Source of the DNA: an uncultured Deinococcales bacterium
GTDB taxonomy: Bacteria > Deinococcota > Deinococci > Deinococcales > JAAFIG01
Assembly (NCBI GenBank): GCA_964244895.1
Contig: CAXTKV010000106.1
Coordinates: 1 to 17,679, forward strand
Direction of reading: 5' to 3'
DNA length: 17,679 bases
A program made the position numbers and the translations under genes. Numbering within the stretch: the first letter of the stretch is position 1; each line of letters opens with the position of its first letter. Below are positions 6,736-15,860 of the stretch, in pieces. The notes under the pieces are model-generated. The model worked only from the letters and a program-made list of their open reading frames with translations, ran no database searches and had not been told where the DNA came from.

Positions 6736-7917
6736 ATGCTGAAACGTGAACGCGCGGTGCTGGCGCTCGAGGATGGGACGGTCTACCGGGGGTACGCCTT
6801 CGGTCAACGCGGCGAAACCGTCGGGGAAGTCGTGTTCAACACGTCCATGACGGGCTACCAGGAAATCATGACCGACCCGAGTTACAACGGGCAGATCGTC
6901 TGCATGACCTACCCGCACATCGGAAATTACGGCATCACCGTTTACGACATGGAATCCAGCAAGCCGTTCGTGCGGGGGTTCATCTCGAGGGAATTCACGC
7001 GGCACTACAGCAACCACCGAGCCACGCAAAGCCTGGAAAGTTTCGCCAAGCAGTACGGCGTGATTTCCATAGAGGGAATTGACACGCGCGCGCTGGTGCG
7101 GCGCTTGCGGATCGGTGGCGTGGTCAAGGGTGTGGTCGCGCACCGGTCGTACACGCACCCGGAAGACCCGTTCGGCGAGTTCACGCAGTACGAGGAAGCG
7201 TTGCTGGTGTCCAGGGCCAAGCACCACGAGGACATCGACGGGCGCGATATGTGCCCGGAAGTCACGACGCACCTGCCCTACGTCTACCCGACGCTCGAGA
7301 AGGGCAAGCGCATCGTGCTGGTGGATTTCGGCATCAAACACACGATCATCAAGAAACTCGCAGAGATCGGTGCGGAAGCCATCGTGGTCCCGGCCAGCAC
7401 CACGCCCGCGCAGATCATGGCCCTGCACCCGCACGGCTTGTTCCTCTCGAACGGCCCCGGCGACCCGAGCGCGCCCGTCTACGCGCACGAGATGGCCTGG
7501 AAGCTGCTGGGCTTGCTGCCGACCTTCGGCATCTGCCTGGGGCACCAGATTCTGGGATTGGCGGTCGGTGGCAAGACCTTCAAGATGAAGTTCGGGCACC
7601 GGGGCGGCAACCAGCCGGTCAAAAATCTGATCACGGGCAAAATAGAGATCACCGCGCAGAATCACGGCTACGCGGTGGATGCGGATTCGGTCAAGGATCA
7701 CTTCCAGATCACGCACGTGAATTTGAACGACAATTCCCTGGAAGGCATGGCGCACATCCGCTACCCGGTGTTCAGCGTGCAGTATCACCCGGAGGCATCG
7801 CCGGGGCCGCACGACAGCAATTACTTGTTCAAGCGCTTCATCGAGGAAGTCAACGCCTTCGCGGGTGCGAACGGCGTGCCGGTGGCGAAGTCCAGGACGG
7901 ATTTGCTGGGCGTCTAG
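6736..7917 (+). CDS. carA: Carbamoyl-phosphate synthase small (glutaminase) subunit (393 aa)
   Basis: [56 protein letters not shown] (catalytic Cys), [31 protein letters not shown] Shine-Dalgarno at 6726-6729. Confidence 0.98.
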   Translation: MLKRERAVLALEDGTVYRGYAFGQRGETVGEVVFNTSMTGYQEIMTDPSYNGQIVCMTYPHIGNYGITVYDMESSKPFVRGFISREFTRHYSNHRATQSLESFAKQYGVISIEGIDTRALVRRLRIGGVVKGVVAHRSYTHPEDPFGEFTQYEEALLVSRAKHHEDIDGRDMCPEVTTHLPYVYPTLEKGKRIVLVDFGIKHTIIKKLAEIGAEAIVVPASTTPAQIMALHPHGLFLSNGPGDPSAPVYAHEMAWKLLGLLPTFGICLGHQILGLAVGGKTFKMKFGHRGGNQPVKNLITGKIEITAQNHGYAVDADSVKDHFQITHVNLNDNSLEGMAHIRYPVFSVQYHPEASPGPHDSNYLFKRFIEEVNAFAGANGVPVAKSRTDLLGV

Positions 7918-7925
7918 GGTTTCTC

Positions 7926-8066
7926 GAGCGCACCGTTCTTGAGCGCACCGTTCTCGCTCGCTGATGCGCACCTATCGGGCTACTCGCGCTTCTTGCTCGT
8001 GAACATGCATCCATCGGGCAGGATCGCGCCAGCACGCATTTTCAGATTCGCGTGCTGGACGGTGTT
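7926..8066. repeat. Longer repeat-family element (type 2), with an internal ~39-nt unit duplicated
   Basis: Colinear with 15861-15948. It starts gcaccgttct, contains units at 7951-7989 and 7990-8029, and ends ccagcacgcattttcagattcgcgtgctggacggtgtt. It is preceded by the 15-nt tandem gagcgcaccgttctY x2 (7926-7955). Confidence 0.8.
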
Positions 8067-8227
8067 TAGCGGGCAAACCTCGAGAGAATGTGCAGGGCGA
8101 TGCGCACGAGACTGATGTCCGAGCCTCAAAACCCGAAAACGGAATCGAATCAATGGAACCGCGTCCCGAAAGGGTCTGCGCACCGTTCAATACACGAAGT
8201 GCGGAAAATCAGTACGATACTCGAAGC

Positions 8228-9424
8228 GTGCCGTATCAGATCAGCCTCAACCTCACCTCAGTGCCGCTCGCGGTGGTCGGGCTGCTGTCCTTGCTGGTCT
8301 GGGGGCTGAGCCTCAGCCTGGACTTGCGGCGAGGCGAGGACAGGATGCTGTTGTGGGTGTACCGCCTGCTGGTGCTGATCAACGCGGCGCTGATGGGTCT
8401 GTACTTCGTGAACGTCAACGGCTGGCTCGAGATCGTCAAGGGCGCGCGCCTGATGCTGGCCGTGATCGCTTTCATTCCGCCGACCGCCATCGCCTTCGTG
8501 AAACGTCTTCACGGCGAACGCCCGGACTGGAAGGAATACGTGTTGTGGGCGACCGCTATCGTCGTGGCCATCGCGCTGATCTTTGACGGTGGGGCGTTCG
8601 TGCAAGGGCAATCCATATCCGATCTGGGGTTGCCGTTGCCCGCGCCCGGAGCGTGGTTCGGGCCGTTGTTCGCGCTCCTGGCGCTCGGTACCGCCTGGAC
8701 GTTCCGCGAGATTGCGCGCCGATCCAGCGCCACGCTCGGACACCGCGAGTTGATGCTTTCCGGCGCGATCCTGATCGTTTTCGGCAGTCTGGATTTCATC
8801 AACGTGATCGTGCGCACTGGAATTCCGCCGATGCTCTGGGTCGGATCGTTGGCGCTCATATTGACTTTTTCCAGCGCGATCCTGCGCCAGTACCGAACGG
8901 CGTTGCGCAGCCTGGAAGTGGTCGAACGCGAACGCGACCATCTCGAGCAGCGTTTGACGGTGGATGAACTGACCGGGTTGTTCACGCGCACGCACGGTAC
9001 GAGCGTCCTCGAGAACGCGCTGGCGAGCGGCGGGGCGTGCGTGGTGTTCATCGACATCGACGATTTCAAATCCTGGAACGACAATCACAGCCACGCGATC
9101 GGCGATCACGTGCTGCGCGAGGTCGGTCGGGTGGTGCGCGCCAGCGCCCGCAGCGAGGATGCCGCCGCGCGTTACGCGGGTGACGAGTTCTTCGTGGTAC
9201 TGCCCGGTGCGCGGCTCGAGGCCGGATTGCGCGTGGCGGAAGCCATCCGGCGCAACCTGTCCGCCATCACCGTCGAAGCTCAGGCGATCACCGCCAGCCT
9301 GGGCGTTGCTCGGGGCAACGCGAACGACACCGCTGCCAACGTGTTGGATCGCGCGGATCGCGCGGCGTACCAGGCCAAACGCGACGGCAAGAACCGCGTT
9401 TCGCGCGCGACCGTGACGGTGTAG
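8228..9424 (+). CDS. Membrane-bound diguanylate cyclase (multi-TM sensor plus GGDEF domain, AGDEF variant; ~398 aa)
   Basis: About seven hydrophobic segments, then DELTGL, FIDIDDFKSWND..SH..GD, RxxD I-site (RSED), RYAGDEF, TASLGVA, AD.AAYQAKRDGKNR. GTG 8228 is chosen because TACGAT lies 9 nt upstream, and the start remains uncertain. Confidence 0.9.
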   Translation: MPYQISLNLTSVPLAVVGLLSLLVWGLSLSLDLRRGEDRMLLWVYRLLVLINAALMGLYFVNVNGWLEIVKGARLMLAVIAFIPPTAIAFVKRLHGERPDWKEYVLWATAIVVAIALIFDGGAFVQGQSISDLGLPLPAPGAWFGPLFALLALGTAWTFREIARRSSATLGHRELMLSGAILIVFGSLDFINVIVRTGIPPMLWVGSLALILTFSSAILRQYRTALRSLEVVERERDHLEQRLTVDELTGLFTRTHGTSVLENALASGGACVVFIDIDDFKSWNDNHSHAIGDHVLREVGRVVRASARSEDAAARYAGDEFFVVLPGARLEAGLRVAEAIRRNLSAITVEAQAITASLGVARGNANDTAANVLDRADRAAYQAKRDGKNRVSRATVTV

Positions 9425-9746
9425 GTAGAGGCAGAGGGTAAAAGGTAAAAGCGGGAACATCGTCCTGGACGGTGCTTTTTGAGCATCGGGATATGCGTCT
9501 GGGGCGGCATCGCGCGATCACGTTCTCGAACGGCGAGCAGTTCGTCATCCATTCATTTCGGAGGGCGCACACGGAGTTTGACGCGTGACGTGTTCGCCCT
9601 CGCCAGAACGCGCGGCTGGGTCTTCTTTTGCAGAAATCTGGTCGTGGGTCTCGAGAACACCGTCCCAGACGCACTTTCTAAAACCCAAAGAACACCGTCC
9701 TGGACGATGTTCTCTTTGACCCTTCACCTTTGACCTTTGACCTCTC
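9424..9746. repeat. ~320-bp element with ~90-bp imperfect terminal inverted repeats (heptamer tandem plus composite repeat)
   Basis: Left arm: (GGTAAAA-like)x3-4, gaacatcgtcctggacggtgc, spacer, tgcgtctggggcggcat (9424-9510). Right arm: aacaccgtcccagacgca, spacer, aacaccgtcctggacgatgttc, (CTTTGAC-like)x4 (9656-9741). It fills the gap between the convergent GGDEF and pullulanase stop codons. Confidence 0.85.
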
Positions 9747-12700
9747 TCAATTCTGATAGAGGATGTACGCGCTCAACGGCTCGAGCTTCAGGCTTCCAGT
9801 CGCCGTTCCCAGGCTGGTCAGTCCGGCCTGGTCGCCGTTGGCGGCGATGTTCCAGGTTCCGGGCGGCAGTTGCGTCTGGTCGGGGTTGCGCGAGCCGTGC
9901 AGGATCACCAGGGTGCGTTTCCACGCGCCTTGAGAGCCACCTTCGAGCGTGAAGGCGACGGTGGCGATGGGCAGGCTCGAATCGGGCAGGAATTTCAGGG
10001 CGCGTTGCACGTCGCTGGCGCTCGAGAGGCGAAACGCGGGGTTGGCTTTGCGGATGGCGATCAGACCCTTGTAGTACGCCTGGACGTTCTGGAATTGCGT
10101 GCCGCGCGTCCAGTCGTACTTGTTGAGCGCATCCCCGGCGTTGTAGGTGTTGCGGTTGCCGCCTTTGGTGCGTCCCATCTCTGGGCCGCCTTCCAGGAAC
10201 GGGATGCCCTGGCTGACCAGGATGATCGCGCCGGAGAGTTTGACGGCGCGCGCGCGCAATTCCAGGGTCGCGTCCGGCATGGCTTTCTCGATTTTGTCCC
10301 AGAGCGTCAGGTTGTCGTGGGCGGAGACGTAGTTGATGGTCTCGGTCGGGTTGTCGGTGAAGTCAAAGATGTCGCTGGAATACGCGAAACTGCCGACCAG
10401 TCCCTTTTTGAGCGCGGTGCTCGAGGTCAAGCCGCCCATCGCGAAGCCGGGTTGCGCGCCGTCCAGGTCGCCGCGAATGGCGCTGCGGATGTTGTCGTTG
10501 AAGATGGCGAAGCCCGTACCGCGCTGTGAGCCCTTGCCGAAGCGCACGGGGCCGCCACCCGTCCACGGTTCGCCGTACAAGACCAGGTCTGGGCGAATCT
10601 TGCGCAGTTCGCTGGTCAGGTTCTGCACGGTCGATTTGGTGAACATGCCGACCAGATCGAAGCGGAAACCGTCCACGCGGTATTCGTTGACCCAGTATTT
10701 GAGGGAATCGCGAATGTATTTTTTGACCATCGGGCGTTCGTCGTTGATGGCGTTACCGACGCCGGATTCGTTTTGCAGGTCACCGCGATCGTTGGTGCGA
10801 AAGTAGTAGTACGGCACGGTTTCCCAGAAGGCGCTGTCCTCGCCACTGGCGGGCATGGTGTGGTTGTAAACCACGTCCATCACGACGCGCAGCCCGGCAG
10901 CGTGCATGGCCTGAATCATGGTTTTGACATCCTTGATGGTATTGGCGGGGTTGCCGGGCGCGGTGCTGTACTGCTCTTCGGGGACGTTGAAGAGGTTCGT
11001 CTCGTAGCCCCAGTTGTAGGTCTGGGAGTTGCCAGGGTTGAAATTCTGGATCGGCAGCAGGTGAACGTCGGTCACGCCCAGATCCACCAGGTAATCGAGG
11101 CCCGTTTTCTGGTGGCCAACGGGGGTTTTCGTGCCGCGCTGCGATAAACCCAGGTACTTGCCTCGCCATTCGGGTTTGACGCCGCTCGAGGGGTCGATCG
11201 TGAAGTCGCGGACGTGCAATTCGTACAGCACGGCATCGGTGGGGTGCGTCTGGGACGGTGGTCTGGCCTTGCCCCAGTCTTGCGGGTTGGTCTGTCCCAG
11301 ATCCACGACCATCGAACGTTTTGAGTCCGGCGATGCGGCGTAGCAGTTGATGTCGGCCACCACGCGGGTTTCGTTGTAGCTCTTGATGCGGTACTGGTAG
11401 TACGCGCCGTGCAGGTCGCCTTTGACGCTCAGGCTCCAGACGCCGTGCGGTTCGCGTTTCATGTCCAGAATCCGGCTGGGGCCGTCCACGGCGTTCTCGA
11501 ACAAGAAGAGTTCCACGCTTCCAGCCACGGGCGTCCAGAGCTTGAAGTCGGTGGCAGCCCTGGTGTATCTCGAGCCGAGGTCGTCACCGGTGTACCAGTA
11601 CGGTCTATCGTCGAGCGCATCGCGGATGTAGACGGTGCGCGGCAGGTCATCGCCGATGCGCAACTCGATGAATTTCGTGATGTCGTCCGGCGTGAGGGCG
11701 CGCTCGAGCTTGAGCGCGACCAGGCTGACGTTTTGATCCGAGATTGGCGGGGCGGCGGGTGTGGCCCTGGGCGGCACGCTGTCGGGCGCTTTCAGGTCGG
11801 GGTTGTTGACGGAATCCCTGACGGTCTTGGCGTTGAAATCGACCACGAACTTGACGATCTGACCATCTTTTTGCACGGCCAGCCCGATATTCGTGCCGTC
11901 CATCTGAAAGTTCGCACCCCAGTTTTGCGCCCACGACCCGCCGCGCGCGACCTTGTACTCGAAGTTTCCTTTCGGGAAGGCCGCCACGAATTCAAAAACG
12001 CCCGCCGAGACTTCCGTCATGCGGGTCACGTCGCCGTTCGGGTTCCAGTCGTTATCGCCGAGCGCGCTCTGGATCGTTCCGGGCAGCACGACCTTGTTGG
12101 GGTCGGTGCTGTCCTGCGTGCCGCTCGCGGGTGCACTCGCGCTGACGGACACGACCCGGATCGGTTTGCCGCCCAACGTGACGCGCGCCTGAGCCTGAAG
12201 GCTCGAGAGCGCCATCGGGGATTCGAGCGCGGCGCGGATCGTGTCGGCGCTGTCCAAGAAGGCTGGCAATCCTCTGGGCGGCGCGGCCTGCGCCAGGTAC
12301 GCGTCGGCGGCGGTGCGGGAAGTTTCGAAGTCCTTGCGGCCCTGAAACGCGAAGATTTCGGCGTTGCCCGAATCCGGCACGGTCACGAAACGATCGGTTT
12401 CGATGTCCTTGGCCTGCCATTCGCCCTTGCGAACGATGAAGCCGAACTGCGTGTGCTTGCCGGGGATGTCCACGACGGCTTTCATTCCGAAGTCCGTTTT
12501 GGCGGTGAACGGGTACGCCTTGCCCTCGAGCGCGCCGGGTTTGGACGCCCAGACCCACAGGTTCCAGCCGTCGTAATCGCCCTTGGCGCGCCTGTAGTTG
12601 ATGGTCAAGCGCGTGACATCGGTTTGCGCGACCGTGCCGGATGGCGCAACACCCGAGATCGCGGTGGCTCGAGCGGGAACGGTCGGTGGGGCTTTGAGGT

Positions 12701-13070
12701 ATTCGGGGTTGTTGAGTGAGTCCACGGTGGTTTTCCTGGCGCGGTCGAAGGCGGATTCGACGGTGGTCTGGTCGGTCTCGAGCGGGATCTTCGCGCCGGG
12801 AGCGCCGTAGCGCTCAGTCTTGGAGCCGTCAATCGCTCCTTTGTACCCGGAACGGCCTTTGTGGAATGCAGCCACGAACGCATACGCGCCGGGCCTCACT
12901 TCTGGGCGGGTGGTTTCACCCGGACGCACGCTATTGCCTGGTGCCCTTTGTATCGTACCCATTAGCACGACTCTCTTACCGATTGGTGGCATCTGGGCTG
13001 CTGCCGGGACGGTCTGTAAAGCCAGGGTCAGTCCTGCGATTGCCACGACCATCGACGACCAGCAGTTCAT
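9747..13070 (-). CDS. pulA: Secreted type I pullulanase (GH13) with CBM41-like, X25-like and CBM48-like accessory domains (1107 aa)
   Basis: Signal peptide. CBM41-like segment INYRR..GDYDGWNLWVW…TDFG…GFIVRKGEW..KDIETDRFV. X25-like segment LPGTIQSALG..DWNP…EYKVA.GGSW. Also LGSRY…FKLWTP, LYELHVRDF, YNWGY, MDVVYNH, DGFRFDL, YGEPW, NYVSAHDN. AGGAGG at 13075-13080 and TATACT at 13095-13100 on the minus strand. Confidence 0.93.
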   Translation of the reverse strand: MNCWSSMVVAIAGLTLALQTVPAAAQMPPIGKRVVLMGTIQRAPGNSVRPGETTRPEVRPGAYAFVAAFHKGRSGYKGAIDGSKTERYGAPGAKIPLETDQTTVESAFDRARKTTVDSLNNPEYLKAPPTVPARATAISGVAPSGTVAQTDVTRLTINYRRAKGDYDGWNLWVWASKPGALEGKAYPFTAKTDFGMKAVVDIPGKHTQFGFIVRKGEWQAKDIETDRFVTVPDSGNAEIFAFQGRKDFETSRTAADAYLAQAAPPRGLPAFLDSADTIRAALESPMALSSLQAQARVTLGGKPIRVVSVSASAPASGTQDSTDPNKVVLPGTIQSALGDNDWNPNGDVTRMTEVSAGVFEFVAAFPKGNFEYKVARGGSWAQNWGANFQMDGTNIGLAVQKDGQIVKFVVDFNAKTVRDSVNNPDLKAPDSVPPRATPAAPPISDQNVSLVALKLERALTPDDITKFIELRIGDDLPRTVYIRDALDDRPYWYTGDDLGSRYTRAATDFKLWTPVAGSVELFLFENAVDGPSRILDMKREPHGVWSLSVKGDLHGAYYQYRIKSYNETRVVADINCYAASPDSKRSMVVDLGQTNPQDWGKARPPSQTHPTDAVLYELHVRDFTIDPSSGVKPEWRGKYLGLSQRGTKTPVGHQKTGLDYLVDLGVTDVHLLPIQNFNPGNSQTYNWGYETNLFNVPEEQYSTAPGNPANTIKDVKTMIQAMHAAGLRVVMDVVYNHTMPASGEDSAFWETVPYYYFRTNDRGDLQNESGVGNAINDERPMVKKYIRDSLKYWVNEYRVDGFRFDLVGMFTKSTVQNLTSELRKIRPDLVLYGEPWTGGGPVRFGKGSQRGTGFAIFNDNIRSAIRGDLDGAQPGFAMGGLTSSTALKKGLVGSFAYSSDIFDFTDNPTETINYVSAHDNLTLWDKIEKAMPDATLELRARAVKLSGAIILVSQGIPFLEGGPEMGRTKGGNRNTYNAGDALNKYDWTRGTQFQNVQAYYKGLIAIRKANPAFRLSSASDVQRALKFLPDSSLPIATVAFTLEGGSQGAWKRTLVILHGSRNPDQTQLPPGTWNIAANGDQAGLTSLGTATGSLKLEPLSAYILYQN

Positions 13071-13136
13071 GCGACCTCCTTGAAGGGTGGCGCGAGTATA
13101 TCCGCGATCGGTTCCGGATGATTGCGAGCTGAAGCG

Positions 13137-13245
13137 AACACCGTCCAGAACGGCTTCCGAATCAGGTCAGAAATTTGAACTATCAGAAAATACCGTCCCA
13201 GACGCAATTTCTCGAGATCAGAAATAAGCTGTCCTGGACGATGTT
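13137..13245. repeat. Three units of the palindromic repeat family in the divergent pulA/cdaA promoter region
   Basis: aacaccgtccagaacggc 13137-13154, aataccgtcccagacgca 13189-13206 and gctgtcctggacgatgtt 13228-13245, with CTCGAG in the second spacer. Confidence 0.85.
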
Positions 13246-13315
13246 TTTGTTGCATTCACGAATCTTGAGGAAGTCTTCAGACGCTCGAGAGGTCGCAGGC
13301 GTACAATGATCTCCG

Positions 13316-14149
13316 ATGCCGTTTAGCGTGCTCGACGGGCTCGATATTCTCCTGGTAGCGATCCTGCTTTACCAGGGCTACAAGCTTGTCTCGAGCACCC
13401 GAGCCATCAACCTGGTGCGCGGCTTGATCGTCTTCGGACTGGTCTGGTACGCCGCCAACCGCCTGGAATTGCGCACCATCAGCTTCATCCTGGCGCAGCT
13501 CGCCACGGTCGGGTTGTTCGCGCTGGTGGTGGTCTTTCAACCCGAATTGCGGGCCGTGCTGGAGCGCATCGGTCGCGGCGGCGTGCGCGAACCCGCACCG
13601 ACGGCGGCGGTCGTGGGTGAGCTCTCGCGGGCGGTCGAACGCCTGGCGGAACGCCGCGTGGGGGCGCTGATCGCGCTGGAGCGCCGCACACCGCTGGGCG
13701 AGTACGCCGCCACCGGCACGCGCATGGATGCCGAGGTCAGCGCCAGCCTGCTGGAAACCGTCTTTGCTCGCAACACGCCCCTGCACGACGGCGGCGTGAT
13801 CGTCCACCACGGTCGCGTGATCGCGGCGGGTTGCGTCTTCCCGCTCTCGAACCTCTCGGAGGGCGCGTACAGGCGTTTCGGCACGCGCCACCGCAGCGCG
13901 ATCGGCCTTTCGGAAGTCTCGGACGCGCTGGTGATCGTGGTTTCAGAGGAACGCGGCAGCATCCGCATCGCTTTCGGCGGGCAGCTCTCGCCGGACTTGA
14001 ACCTGGGCGAGTTGCGCGAGCGCCTGCGCGAGGGCGCGCTCGAGACGCCTTCGGGCGCCGCCTTCAGCCTGTTCCGCGCGCGCCCGAGCGACTCGCCAGC
14101 ACAGCCCGAAAGCCCTGCCAGGGACGAGGTGAGGGCGCGTGCAGAATGA
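13316..14149 (+). CDS. cdaA: Diadenylate cyclase CdaA/DacA
   Basis: Three N-terminal TM segments, VVFQPELR..LE.IGR, GALI..ER, NTPLHDGGVI, AAGCVFPLS, GTRHRSAIGLSE.SDA.VIVVSEERG.I. TACAAT lies 8 nt upstream of the ATG. Confidence 0.95.
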   Translation: MPFSVLDGLDILLVAILLYQGYKLVSSTRAINLVRGLIVFGLVWYAANRLELRTISFILAQLATVGLFALVVVFQPELRAVLERIGRGGVREPAPTAAVVGELSRAVERLAERRVGALIALERRTPLGEYAATGTRMDAEVSASLLETVFARNTPLHDGGVIVHHGRVIAAGCVFPLSNLSEGAYRRFGTRHRSAIGLSEVSDALVIVVSEERGSIRIAFGGQLSPDLNLGELRERLREGALETPSGAAFSLFRARPSDSPAQPESPARDEVRARAE

Positions 14150-14858
14150 CCCGCCGCGCACGAACCCGCCGCGCGAGATCGGGCGCATCACGGGCGTCTT
14201 CGAGGAATGGCGTTCGGGTTTGACCACCCCATCCGGGTGGCGTCTGTGGCACAACTTCCCGCAGAAATTAGGCGCGCTGGTGGCCGCCATCGTGCTGTGG
14301 TTCGCCGCGACCGCCGACCGTCGCGTCACCATCCAGCGCAGCCTGGAAGTGCCGTTGATCGTGCGCGGTGCGGGGGCTGAACGCGTCGTGTCCGACCTGC
14401 CCAAAACCATCCGCGTGACCCTGGAAGGCAACCGCACGCGCCTGGAAGGGCTGCCGTCCAGCGTGATCGAGGCCAGCGTGGATGTCAACAGCCTGCCGGA
14501 CGGCTTCTTCAACCGCCCCGTGACGGTCACACCGCCATCCGGATTGACCCTGGTGCGCCTCGAGCCGGCCCGCGCGTCTGGCACCTTGAACGCCGTCGTG
14601 CGCGAGAAAACCGAGGTTCGAGCGGCGCTCCTCGAGACCTCCGGCGCGCCACCCTTGCGGATCAAAGTCAACCCCGGTGAGGTCACCGTGATCGGCACGC
14701 GCCCGCAGGTGGATCGCGTGGCTTACGCCCTGGCGCTCGGATCGCGTCAGGTCTCGCCGAACAAGGCGCTCGAGGTCAGGTTGACGCCGATGGACAACCA
14801 GGGCAAACCCGTCGAGGGCGTGCGCCTCGAGCCGACGAGGGCCAAGATCAGCCAGTGA
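14139..14858 (+). CDS. cdaR: CdaR/YbbR-domain regulator of the diadenylate cyclase
   Basis: Overlaps the cdaA 3' end. Single TM segment (KLGALVAAIVLWFAA) followed by YbbR-like repeats (P.TIRVTLEG…ASVDV..L..G…P; P.EVTVIG). Confidence 0.85.
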   Translation: MQNDPPRTNPPREIGRITGVFEEWRSGLTTPSGWRLWHNFPQKLGALVAAIVLWFAATADRRVTIQRSLEVPLIVRGAGAERVVSDLPKTIRVTLEGNRTRLEGLPSSVIEASVDVNSLPDGFFNRPVTVTPPSGLTLVRLEPARASGTLNAVVREKTEVRAALLETSGAPPLRIKVNPGEVTVIGTRPQVDRVAYALALGSRQVSPNKALEVRLTPMDNQGKPVEGVRLEPTRAKISQ

Positions 14859-14919
14859 GGGTTCCAGCGAGGGTTCTCATCCGTATCGTCCGCCGCTCCA
14901 GGTGGTAATCTTTTGCGTC

Positions 14920-14963
14920 GCGTTCCGCACGGTGTTCCTCGAGAAACACCGTCTGGGACGGTC
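14920..14963. repeat. Two units of the palindromic repeat family upstream of folD
   Basis: gcgttccgcacggtgtt-cctcgaga-aacaccgtctgggacggtc. Confidence 0.8.
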
Positions 14964-14977
14964 TTCAGGAGGTTGTG

Positions 14978-15841
14978 ATGACTCAAGCACGCTCCCTCGC
15001 GGGTGATCCCGCCGCAGAAGCCCTGCTGAACCGCGCCAAAGAAGAAATGCGAGCCCTTCCCGCCGTGCCGCACCTGCACGTCGTGCGCGTCGGTGACGAT
15101 CCGGCCAGCGTGTCCTACACGCGCATGAAAGCCCGGCGCGCCAAGCGCGTGGGCCTGGAAAGCACCCTGAGTGAACTACCCGCCGACACCACCGAAGCCG
15201 ACCTGCTGGCCTTCATTCACCGACTGAACGCCGATCCCGGCACCCACGGCATCCTGGTGCAACTGCCCTTCCCGAAGGGATCACCAATCCGCGAATCCGT
15301 GGTGCTGGAAACCATCAGCCCGGACAAGGACGTGGACGGATTGCACATGATGAACGTCGGGCGGTTGTGGGCGGGGCAACCCGGATTGCGCCCCTGCACG
15401 CCCGCCGGGATCATCACGATGCTGGACTTTTACGGCGTGCCCCTGGAGGGTGCGCGCGCCGTGATCATCAACCGTTCGCAGCTCGTCGGCAGGCCCTTAG
15501 CGGCCTTGATGCTCGAGCGCAACGCGACCGCGACCATCGCGCATTCCAGGACGGCGAACATGGCCAGCCTGACGCGCGAAGCGGACGTGCTGGTGAGCGC
15601 CGTCGGGCGGGTCAATTTCATCACGGCGGACATGGTCAAGCCCGGCGCGACCGTGATCGATGTCAGCACCAACCGCATCGTGGTGGACGGCGCGGACAAA
15701 CTGACCGGGGATGTCAGCGCGGAAGTCTGGGAGGTGGCGGGCGCGGTCAGCCCCAGCCCAGGCGGGGTCGGCCCGATGACGGTCGCGCACCTGCTGTACA
15801 ACACCGTTCTGGCCTGCAAACGCCAGCTCGAGAAGGCGTAA
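14978..15841 (+). CDS. folD: Bifunctional methylenetetrahydrofolate dehydrogenase/cyclohydrolase (287 aa)
   Basis: VGDDPAS..Y..MK, HGILVQLP, P.KDVDG.H..N.G.L, PCTPAGI, RS.LVG.P, HSRT, VKPGATVIDV, GDV, PGGVGPMTV. AGGAGG at 14967-14972. Confidence 0.97.
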   Translation: MTQARSLAGDPAAEALLNRAKEEMRALPAVPHLHVVRVGDDPASVSYTRMKARRAKRVGLESTLSELPADTTEADLLAFIHRLNADPGTHGILVQLPFPKGSPIRESVVLETISPDKDVDGLHMMNVGRLWAGQPGLRPCTPAGIITMLDFYGVPLEGARAVIINRSQLVGRPLAALMLERNATATIAHSRTANMASLTREADVLVSAVGRVNFITADMVKPGATVIDVSTNRIVVDGADKLTGDVSAEVWEVAGAVSPSPGGVGPMTVAHLLYNTVLACKRQLEKA

Positions 15842-15860
15842 TTGCTGGAGCGCGGTTCGA

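Noticed and set aside
9511..9655. Small ORF or toxin gene inside the fold-back element
   Set aside because: Frames crossing it start or end in repeat DNA and show no motif or start signal.
13101..13120. Possible LacI-family operator near the pullulanase promoter (tccgcgatcggttccgga)
   Set aside because: The symmetry is weak and the match to the LacI consensus is poor, so it cannot be supported without a regulon comparison.
8228..14858. c-di-GMP cyclase, pullulanase and c-di-AMP cyclase as a single signalling system
   Set aside because: They are three separate transcription units in different orientations, separated by repeats. I recognised no riboswitch or shared operator, so adjacency alone is not evidence.
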